Assembly (NCBI GenBank): GCA_002189035.1
Contig: CM007991.1
Coordinates: forward strand, 682,001 to 746,000
Length of the DNA: 64,000 nucleotides
Reading direction: 5' to 3'
From: Utricularia gibba
Lineage: Eukaryota; Plantae; Magnoliophyta
A model generated the notes under the pieces. It was not told the DNA's origin. It ran no database searches and was given only the letters and a program-made list of their open reading frames with translations. The translations under genes and the position numbers were made by a program. The number at the start of each line of letters is the position of its first letter. Within the stretch, counting starts at the first letter, position 1. Shown here in pieces: positions 11,061 through 21,085 of the stretch.

Positions 11061-11686
11061 CCACAATAAACGAAAAAAAAATCATTATGAGAGTAAAATA
11101 ATTATATATTAAAAAAATTTTAAACATTTTTCCAATATGTTTCAAATAGAGCTATAGATCGAGACTTATTTTTTTATTCATATCAGATTAAAAATACTAG
11201 CGAATTGAAATAAAAAATCGTTCATATTTTAAAATAAAACTGATTTTAAAAACGTTTTTCCATATGCTCCAAATAGAGTTTTAAATTGAAACTTCTATAC
11301 AAAATATTTATTTATTTTTTTATTTGCATCAGATTAATAATAATTATCCTTAAAAAGTTTTAAGAATTACTACAAAATTATATATAAACAATTTAATAAT
11401 ATATATACATATGGATTTTTTTTAATAACTCGAGGATGAGTAGCTGAGCCGTGGTGTGCAAAAGATTTTTTTCTTTTTAGGGTATTATTTTGTGGATATT
11501 TTCAAGCAAATATTTATATTTTATATTTAATGCATGTGGGAGATATTTACTATTTAGGTGGGGAGGCGACTTGCAGCGGTCTTCCTACGCGGCTTGGGGT
11601 GAAGCTGAACGGAAGAAAAACACGAAAACGAAGTCAGCAGTCCATGAAAACGAAGGGAAAGCTGACATTTTCCATTTCTCAGACGC

Positions 11687-11693
11687 TATAAAT
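11687..11693 (+). promoter_or_regulatory. TATA box of the GDSL-like gene
   Basis: TATAAAT about 76 nt upstream of ATG11769. Confidence 0.55.
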
Positions 11694-11768
11694 TCAGGCA
11701 CTTCCATCCAACCAACGCATCATTCATCTTCCTCTTCATCTTCAACCTCAGAAGTTGACAAATAAATC

Positions 11769-13090
11769 ATGGGTTCCTTTTCTCAGCTCTTCTTGATTCT
11801 GGTTGGTGTCATGTGCATGGCGAGTCTGGTTTCTGCACAAAACAATAACAGTAATCCGGTGTGCCCTTTTCCGTATCTGTACCATTTCGGCGACGGCGCC
11901 ACTGACGTTGGGAACTCCGTCCTGGTCCAACCATGGGGGTCGCTGCTGCCGCCCACACGTGCGCCTTACGGCCGGACGTACCCCGGGGCCCCCAACGGGA
12001 GGTGGTCCGATGGGTTAGTCGATTTCGACTTCGCGGCGTTTGATTTCGGGTTCCCGGAAATCGTACCTTACCTATCCGAGAAGTCGAACTCCAGCAACGG
12101 TGTTATCTTCTCGGTTGCCAGAAGTCCGGTGATGGACAACGGCTTCTTCTCGCGAAGAGGCATAAGAATTCCACCCTACGCCGTTTCCCTCGACTCCCAG
12201 CTCCGATGGTTCAGAACCCACCTCCAATCCGTGTGCGGGGGTTCATCCGTTTGCATCGCCGATCGGCTGGCAAATTCCTTGGTGTTGTTGGGAGACCTCG
12301 AAGCAAACGACATCGGATATGCGTTGACACAGGGGAAGACCCTCCAAGAAGCGCAGTCTTACATCGGCCCCATCACCAGGGAGCAAATCAAGGCCACCAG
12401 AGTAAGCAATCACTTCATCTGTCTAGTTAACCAAACTTATAGCGTTCCTAATGTCACCGTCGCCTATTTGCAGGAACTCATCAGAATGGGTGCCAGGCTC
12501 ATCGTTATTCCGGGCAGTGCCCCCCTCGGCTGCTTCCCCTACATTCTAACTGCTCTGCCCTCCGACAGTCCCGCCGCCTATGACCGTCGCGGATGCCACG
12601 ACGGCGTCAACAGACTGATCACCTTGAAAAACAACTATCTGAGGCGAGCCATCAACAATCTGGGCCAGGAGTTCCCCAACGTCACCCTCATCTACGGAGC
12701 CTTCGACGAGGGTTTCTTGCAAATTCTCGATAGACTGCAACAAGGCAAGTCCACACCCATTTTCTCACTTCCAACACCTAGAACACGCACTCATCCATAA
12801 ACCCTGAAGTTTTTAAGGGTGGTCCTAAAATTGAGTCATTGCTGTGAACTGCAGAAGGCCATGCAGACACTGCCCTGAAAGCCTGCTGCGGCATCGGAGG
12901 AGAATACAACTACAGCAGCAACAGATTCTGCGGGAGCGCCGGAGTGCCGGCGTGCTCGAACCCACAACACCATATGTTCTGGGATGGCATCCACTTCACG
13001 CAGGAGATCGCCGTCCGCATCGAGCAGAGCCTCATTCAACCAACTCTGGCGGCTCTCAACTGCACAGCCCTGCCATCCGCCTTCTCCTGA
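11769..13090 (+). CDS. Secreted GDSL/SGNH-fold esterase-lipase-like protein with a non-canonical catalytic site; exons 11769-12401, 12474-12744, 12855-13090
   Basis: Signal peptide; blocks LYHFGDGATDVGN, GRWSDG, GDLEANDIG, PLGCFP, KACCG and FWDGIHFT; ends ...SAFS-TGA. Intron 2 has a GC donor (AAG|GCAAGT). Confidence 0.92.
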
Positions 13091-14435
13091 ATGCCAATCC
13101 CTTTTCTTCTTTTCAAGTACAGGCCCGGCTAGTACACGATAAGTTCTTTGATTGTTTCCAATGCAACAGCAAATGTAAACAGCCATCCTATCGGCATTAT
13201 AACAGCAAGAAATGGAATGTTCTTGTACCAAAAACAACTATCCAATTTCAGACAAGAAAACAATAATCTTGGTCAGAAAAAAAAATCACCTGTATTACAA
13301 TTGGAGGATCGAATGGGAACCAATGGAATGCCTATGATTGATATACTAGTGAATTTTAGAAAACATTATCCTCGTTTTCAAAAATTATCATCCTATACTT
13401 TATTACTCATACATAGTAATAAAATTATATAATTAAGGATGATTATTTGTCGCACAAAAAATTATAAATGATCATTCTTCAAAATAACCTATTTTTAAAA
13501 ACCTAAGATCAAGTATATGTAAAACTTGACCAGCATTCGGGTCTCCATATTTCAGATTAGTGGCATGAAATATTTTTTTTAAAAAAATGGTCAATTAATT
13601 TATACATTAATTAAATAAATCAAATGTATTTTATGAAATGAAGCGTTGATATTTTGAAGCATTAATATATAATTTCAATTATTTTTTAAAAATTAAATAA
13701 AACCATGCGTAATTACAATTACCTTAATTTAAACAATATTATCCACAAAAAAGTCCGCCGCATAACATTTTGGAGGTGTGAAGTTGGTACGAAAGGTCAA
13801 AAATTATATAAATTAATATTTTATTATATTAAATTTTATTTTTTTATTTTCAATCTCAGTCTTCAGGACGTCATCCAGATCACGTATTGAATGATTATGG
13901 ATATTTATCTTGAACTTTGACTCAATCAAAATTTAATTTAAAAATTAGAAATTATTTATTTAAGTTTAAATATTTACTGATAAACAATTAAGTTGAAGTA
14001 TTTATAAAATAAACTATGTAATACGATATATTATTATATTAAGTCATTATGTTTTATTTGATTGATATTAAACGCCTTCCGTTTCCAGACAGCATGGTTT
14101 TAGGGTTTTAGAAAACGTGATGTAAATGCATGAATAGAAAGGGAGGTGATTTTCAGTGATGAACACATGCGACGAATAACATCGCACACGACACACGAAC
14201 TCACACATGCGATGGAAACTCACATCAAGTACAACGTGAAGATATAGCTTTGAATGATGGATGGATGGTGTTCACTTTGAGCACTACGAATCCAATCCTG
14301 GATTCTTATTGTTTCATACTGCAGGTACACAGAAGCCTGGAGAACCAATGTTGAAATCGCGGATGGCGGAGGCGGATGGCAGAGGGGAACGGCGGTGAAG
14401 CTGCGGATGGCGGCGGTGACAAGTAGCAGCTAAGG

Positions 14436-14788
14436 CTAAGGAAAGGGCTTCGGGAATGGATTAGGGAACCCAGGTGGCAGAGGGATCACAGGCGGCATAG
14501 GCAGCGGAGGCGGCAGAGGCAACGGAGGCGGCAGAGGCAGAGGAGGAGGGCAAACCGGCCATTTGCATGGTGACGGCGGTGGAGATGGCGGGGGTGGCGG
14601 AGACGGTGGGGGAGGGGAGGCGAGGGTGGTGGAGGGGGAGACGGCGGCGGTGGAGGCGGACAAGGTATAGTAGGAAACCCGGGCGGAAGCCAAGGGGGTA
14701 TTGGATCATTGCACCATCCCTGGGAATGGGTTACCAAGACCCCAAGAAGGCTGAGCACGAAGCAAATCTTGATCCTCATTTTCTCCAT
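14436..14788 (-). CDS. Small secreted Trp/Cys/Pro-rich extensin-like protein, paralog C (1-bp frameshift at 14614-14617)
   Basis: MEKMRIKICFVLSLLGVLVTHSQG|WCNDPIPPWLPPGFPTIPC-(SP4-6)n-CKWPVC-PPPLPLPPP...KPFP-TAG after restoring one base in the G-run. The start region aligns with B (MEKM vs MHKM). TATAAATA at 14827-14834. Confidence 0.82.
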
Positions 14789-14983
14789 GTGCGGGTGTGC
14801 AGATGCAAGAAGCTTCATCACCTCTCTATTTATACCCAAACAGAGGCTCGAGTAACTCCACTGTAGGCATAGCCTAATTACTCTCGCATATTAAAAACCA
14901 TTTTCCCAAAGTCCTTATCCGATGCAATTTGACATTAAATTACTAATCAAACTTCAAACGCGGGTAACACAGCTCCATAAAAG

Positions 14984-15051
14984 CAGAATCAAATGAAATC
15001 ATGGAGGAGGAGACTTACAGAATCGAACGAAATCATGGAAGAGGAGACTTA
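14984..15051. repeat. Tandem duplication, 2 x 34 bp, 3 mismatches
   Basis: cagaatcaaatgaaatcatggaggaggagactta / cagaatcgaacgaaatcatggaagaggagactta. Confidence 0.9.
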
Positions 15052-15190
15052 CGAGGGTTGTCATGCAGATTCATTCCCCTTCCCTGGAGGGAGGGGTGTG
15101 TCCGTATCCACGTGCTCCATAATGTCTATTACACTAGCTTCTGTTATTTAAATTTAAATAAAACGTGAGACAATTGTTTGTGTGTCACGT

Positions 15191-15410
15191 TGTGTTTGGT
15201 TTCAGTGTTTAAAAATTAAAATTTAAGGGGAGATAATATAAAGTATCGACCATACCACAACTTTATATCGGTAAATTATATTAATGTTCTTTTATTAATA
15301 CAAAGTTTCTTCAAACCCACCAATATGATGGATTTGAATAAACAGATGTAGCTTACAAATCTCGGATTTATATCGAATCCGAGATTAAAATATCTATACT
15401 ACCAAACATA
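15191..15410. mobile_element. Possible MITE with TGTTTGGT/ACCAAACA termini and an internal perfect 11-bp hairpin
   Basis: tgtgtttggt at 15191-15200 and accaaacata at 15401-15410. aatctcggatt (15358-15368) pairs with aatccgagatt (15376-15386). Target-site duplication not identified. Confidence 0.4.
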
Positions 15411-16551
15411 TTATATGTATATGTATTTGTTATCCAATGAATAACACGAAATTAGGGATTTCAAATTTACAAGAACCATGTATACCAAGATTCCTAAACC
15501 CGGTTAACAAACGTGCCATTAGACACCGGTAATGAAGAATTCTCACCATTATTACAAGTCACATTACAGAGTAAAAATCGGGTACTGTCCAATTAAGAAC
15601 AAAAGAGACTGGTCACTTGATTAGGCCGCAGTTGTACATAAAATAAGGAGGAGCATTCACTCATGATGCCGATGTCTCATCACGAGCCTCATAAATGCAC
15701 TTCTCTTCTGACCCAAGCTCATCTGCAAATCCACGAGCATTGACCAATGTTTTTGTGGACTGATTTAGAAAATTGATTATCTATACATTTTATCTTATAT
15801 ACTAAATTAAAAAATTTATATTATGAATGATTATTTTTTTCATACAATATCTGACATATAACCAAATTTCTAATTCATCCTGTTTTTTTCTCCCAAGTCC
15901 TTTGCCCATGTTTTACTTTAATGAATACAAAGTCTGTTAAAATGTGACATTATTCCTCGTATTAAGGCGTACTATAGTTATTACGATTTATCTATGTAAT
16001 TTTCCTATAAAATAGTATTTTTTATTAATTAATACAATTTTATAAAGCCAATATTAAAATTATATTTTAATATTATTATCTTTTCACTATGTTAATTACC
16101 AAATAACCCTTAAATATGGGAATTGAGCTTGGGCCAATATCTGGGAGCCCAATTTGGTCAAGTGCAGAGTCCAATATGTGGGCCTCGTTTTGATTCGGGC
16201 AGTTAAGGCAGCCCGCATTTTTTGATTCAGCAAGACACAAAATCAAAACCTATGAGACATTTTGAGTGGTCCTCCCGACTAACGAGGGAGAGAAAGGCAA
16301 TTTTGTTTAGAACCATTTATTTTAGTCCAGATGGAAGTATTTTGCTGAATCTCCTTCCATGGGCTACGAGAGTGGGCATTCATTTGCGTGGACTTTTGGA
16401 CTAGTTTCAGAAAGGGTCTTTGCTTCACCTATATGAAATGCTCAAGTGTCAATATGGTGGCCTGCGGCCTTATCTATGCATACGCCACTTCTTTAGTGTG
16501 AGAAGGGATCGGTTGGATCTCAGACAAGCTCCGACTCTGAAACCAGCAGCC

Positions 16552-18516
16552 ATGCAGGAGGACGATCTGTATACAAAGGATGGAACTGTGGATTTTCATG
16601 GTAATCCAGCAAAGAAGAAATCTTCTGGAACATGGAAAGCTTGTCCCTTCATTTTAGGTGCTGCTGCGTTCATTCTTTTCCTTTTGAGTATGTGTATGAA
16701 TTTATGCTGCTTGGATGTAATGATTTGTGGGGTGCTCACAGGAAATGAATGCTCTGAGAGACTGGCTTATTATGGGATGTGCTCCAATCTAGTGGTCTAC
16801 TTCAAGACCAAGCTGGGCCAACACAGTGCCACGGCTTCCAAAAGTGTTTCAAATTGGTCGGGAACTTGCTACATAACCACCTTGATCGGAGCTTTCCTCG
16901 CGGATGCGTATATCGGGAGATATTGGACGATTGCAATCTTTTCGATCATCTATGCTATGGTGAGCTTTTTTGGTCTTATCAGTGCTTGGTAGCTTAAGAA
17001 CTAAGTGCGTTTCAATATGATGTGTGTAGGGGATGATTCTGTTGACTTTATCAGCATCTATACCTGGGCTAAAGCCGGGAAACTGTGGAGGAGGCATCTG
17101 TCATGCGACAGGGGAGCAGCTCGCTGTTTTCTTCGTTGCTCTTTACATGGTTGCACTTGGAACAGGGGGAATAAAATCATGCGTTTCCCCATTTGGGGCA
17201 GATCAGTTTGATGATAACGATGATTTGGAGAAGAAGCATAAGAGCTCCTTCTTCAACTGGTTCTACTTGTCGATCAATATCGGTGCGTTGGTGGCTGGTT
17301 CTGTGCTTGTTTGGGTGCAAACATATGTTAACTGGCAGTGGGGGTTCGGTATTCCAGCTGCGGCTATGGTGTTTGCTACCATTTCATTCTTCACCGGAAC
17401 ACGATTGTATCGACACCAGAAGCCTGGTGGGAGTCCCCTTTCAAGGATTTGTCAGGTTGTGGTGGCATCTTGCAGAAAGTTCAAGGTGAAAGTCCCTGAA
17501 GATGAGAAGCTGCTACATGAAACTCCTGATGCTGAATCAGCCATTAGAGGAAGCAGAAAGCTTGAGCACACAAAGGATCTTTCGTAAGTCTAGTTAGTTA
17601 CTGAACAAAAACAAATGAACACTGAAGATGATGAGGGATTCCTTGAATTCTCACGTATGATCTGATACATACATGTAGATTCTTCAACAAGGCTGCGGTT
17701 GTGACGACGGAAGACAATGCTGCGGAGTCAGCAAATCCATGGCAGCTCTGCACAGTAACTCAAGTGGAAGAGCTCAAAGCTATCATCAGACTGCTTCCTG
17801 TTCTGGCCACCGGCATCATCTTCTCTGCAGCGTATAGCCAAATGGGTACACTGTTCGTGCTCCAAGGCCTGACAATGGATGCGCGGTTGGGGAATTCGAG
17901 CTTCACGATTCCGGCGGCCTCGCTGAGCATCTTCGACACCCTGAGCGTGATCTTCTGGGTGCCTGTGTATGATAAAATCATAGTTCCCGTCACCAGAAGG
18001 TTCACCGGGCACAAGAACGGCTTAACTCAGCTCCAACGAATGGGGACCGGCCTGTTCATCATCATCGTCGCCATGCTCGCCGCCGCGGTTTTGGAGGTCA
18101 TCCGGCTGGACTACGTTCGAACCCACGATGCGTATGACACACAACAGGTTCCCATGTCGATTTTCTGGCAAGTTCCACAGTACTTCATCGTAGGGTGCGC
18201 AGAGATATTCACCTACATCGGGCAACTAGAGTTCTTCTATGAACAAGCGCCGGATGCAATGAGGAGCCTCTGCTCGGCGCTGTCACTTGCAATAGGAGCT
18301 CTGGGGAGCTACGTGAGTTCCTTTCTGGTTACCCTGGTGATGCAGATCAGCACCCGCGGCGGAAAGCCGGGATGGATTCCGGATAACTTGAACTACGGCC
18401 ATATCGACTACTTCTTCTATCTCTTGGCTCTGCTGAGTGGCATCAACCTCGGAGTGTTTCTTCTGGTATCCAACTGGTATAGATACAAAAAGCCTATCGT
18501 GAAAGCAGACGACTGA
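16552..18516 (+). CDS. NPF8: NRT1/PTR family peptide transporter, NPF8 (PTR1/PTR2/PTR5-like) clade; exons 16552-16657, 16742-16959, 17030-17583, 17679-18516
   Basis: YTKDGTVD N-terminus, ExxER motif ([11 protein letters not shown]), [26 protein letters not shown] and [13 protein letters not shown]. All junctions are GT-AG and in phase. Confidence 0.95.
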
Positions 18517-19422
18517 GCATACCTCATTTGCTAAACCAATATCAACCAATGGAATGGAAGCCTATTCAGAAATGTTACCATATTTTTCAAATACTGATGA
18601 TTCTCATGCCTAATAAACATCATTTCGAAGTTCATTCCGAACCACTTAAACCTTCTGTGGTCACTCTTGTACTCAAAGGATAATCTTATTTGAATGTCAC
18701 TTATAATGATATAAATATTATAATATCTATCAAATCATGATAATTATCAATATACGTTATATATCGATCTTACTCTTTTTTTATATTAATTAAGAATTTT
18801 AGTATGCTATATTAAATAAATAATTGTATATTGAAAAATTAAAATAATAGCATCAATTAAATAAAGAGATTATAAATAATTAAAAATTGATTAGATTTAA
18901 TATTTTTTTAATTTAATTCACTTTTTTTTATTTAAATTTTACATTTGATCGTCAACCTATCTAATCCTTAATTTGAATACATGATCTTCAATCCAATTCC
19001 GGGTTTTAAAACAGCGCCCATTGGAGTAAAGTAAATCGTTAAGCATTTCAAATTAGGAGAATTCGGAATACCAGAACTCGTTCGTAGTAAATGAATTCAG
19101 TTTCTTGCATATCGACATCTAATTACAAATCAATCATATTCAATTTAATTGTTTTATGAAACTTTTTTTTTGAACGAATAGTTTCCTATTTATTTCAAAT
19201 AAATATTTTCATTTCCTTAAAATAAACTATCAATCATTCGTTTTTTAAATCAATGATAAATAAAATAATTCAAAGTTTTTATTCTAAAGAGCAGGTGCGA
19301 AAATTTAATTACTCTTCGTAGTTTTTAATGACTTAAATAATAAATTGAAAAAAAAACGGCTGACAGTTTTGAGCATTGAACAGTAAGTAATATCATATCA
19401 GTATCAGATCACAGCCACCCAA

Positions 19423-19441
19423 ACACACACACACACACACA
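19423..19441. repeat. (CA)n microsatellite
   Basis: Read directly from the sequence. Confidence 0.9.
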
Positions 19442-19617
19442 AACAATGACAGCAACAATCCAAAGAGAAAGACGCTCTCTAAGAACTCATCATCACACAC
19501 TGCATCTGGACTAAGTCGTTTATTGTCAATTCCGGTAGTAAACTAAGGCCGAAACGCATCGATGTTCGGACAAACAGGTGGACACCACGGAGGAACGCGA
19601 GCATGAGAAGCAGAAGA

Positions 19618-19856
19618 TCATTTGGGCGCGGGAGCCGGAGCAGGAGCCGACGGCGGAGGCGGGCATGGGAAGGGGGGAATATGGGGTTTGGCAGCGGCCG
19701 GAGTCCGAACTTTCTCGGAAAGGGTGGGATCGGCAATGGCGGCCACCCATTTGGTGGACCGGGGAACGGGGGCTCGCCGCCGCAAGGCCAGGCGCTGCAC
19801 TGTGCAGCAAGAAGAGCGAGGAGGCAGAAGATGAAGAAGGCTCCTTTGCTCGCCAT
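19618..19856 (-). CDS. Small secreted Trp/Cys/Pro-rich protein, divergent paralog D (about 79 aa after correction)
   Basis: MASKGAFFIFCLLALLAAQCSA|WPCGGEPPFPGPPNGWPPLPIPPFPRKFGLRPLPNPIF. Adding one base to the G6 run at 19672-19677 continues it as PPFPCPPPPSAPAPAPAPK-TGA. TATAAATA at 19904-19911. Confidence 0.75.
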
Positions 19857-21085
19857 GTTGCTGCTGTGGGGTGGGATGGAAGTGGAAGCATGGTTTCATG
19901 GAGTATTTATACAAGTAACAGCGTTGAATTCCCCCCGGAGGCTGTTGCGTGTGTGAAGTGGATTAGTGTCGTAATTACTGTTACTAATGACTAGTTTTAA
20001 TTAGGGGGATTGGTTGATTCCCCTTCTTTAAGAGGCCATTAACATATCCCAAGGGGAATTGACTGCTTCTAAAGTCTCCCCTCCTCCAACATTATTTTTT
20101 AGGGTTTGTTTAGGAGTATGTGTTTAACTTAATTAATATTAAATATGAATGACATTAATATACATAAAAGTAAATAATTTTTTTTAAAAAATAATTGTAT
20201 TTTATAGAAATTATTCTTTTAAATAAATTTATATATAATATTAGCAAAATTCTTATAATAAATAATTAAAATAATTTTTTAAGATAATAAGAATAATAAC
20301 ATATTTTAAGATCAATCTAATAAATAAATTTGTGTATTCATCCTAAATAAAATTTTAAACAACTAAAGTTACTTGAATATCTAATCTATAATAAATAATA
20401 TTATCTAACATAAAGCAATATTTTATATTCTATCAAAAGAGTCCTTAATATTTAATATACCATAGTACAATAGAATAATTGTACAATATGACGACATTCT
20501 TGTAAAATATTATTCATTATAAATTCAATCAAATTCTTAATGGTTTTACACCTATTTGAAGTATGTCAATAGCATGATGCTTGCTTCAATTTTCAATGGT
20601 AATAACTAATAAGATTTAACACAAGGGTCTAATCTATAAATTGATGTAAAAACTTTAGATAAATTCTATATCAATTCAGATGAAATATAAAAAATAATTT
20701 ATATAAAATAATATTTCATAATTTTGTATAAAAGATTTTCATTAAAATAAAATAATATAAAATCGTGAAAATTGAATAATATTATACAAAAGTTTAATAC
20801 ATGAATTTAAAAGATTTAATTTACCCATCTGATTTAAATATACAAAGCGTAAATCCACAAATTGGTGTAAATTCAAACACAGGGGGAAGTCGATTAATGT
20901 GACAATGTTCATTTTTACATTTACATAGGTATCACAAAAAGTTTGGAACCAACAGGGAGAGGCTTTTGACCAAGAAAATGGGGTTAATGTGATATTAACT
21001 ATGATCCAGGGGTGATCCTGAATTTACCCAAAATGCCTCTGCTGCACAATCCTTCTTCCATAAACAGCAGAGAGCCCATTGAATC

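Noticed and set aside
14789-14839. Upstream starts for C (14839, 14818) and for D (19914)
   Set aside because: They overlap or lie within about 10 nt of the TATA box, so they cannot be in the transcript.
19479-19680. Arg/Leu-rich hydrophobic C-terminal extension of D in the ORF track
   Set aside because: Produced by the G-run deletion at 19672-19677; the corrected frame gives a Pro-rich end with a stop at 19618-19620.
6166-19994. Plus-strand Gly-rich or Glu/Val-rich ORFs opposite paralogs A-D (e.g. 6166-6492, 9204-9610, 14567-14866, 19578-19994)
   Set aside because: Antisense of CCN-rich Pro codons; no signal peptides, while the TATA boxes and conserved motifs are on the minus strand.
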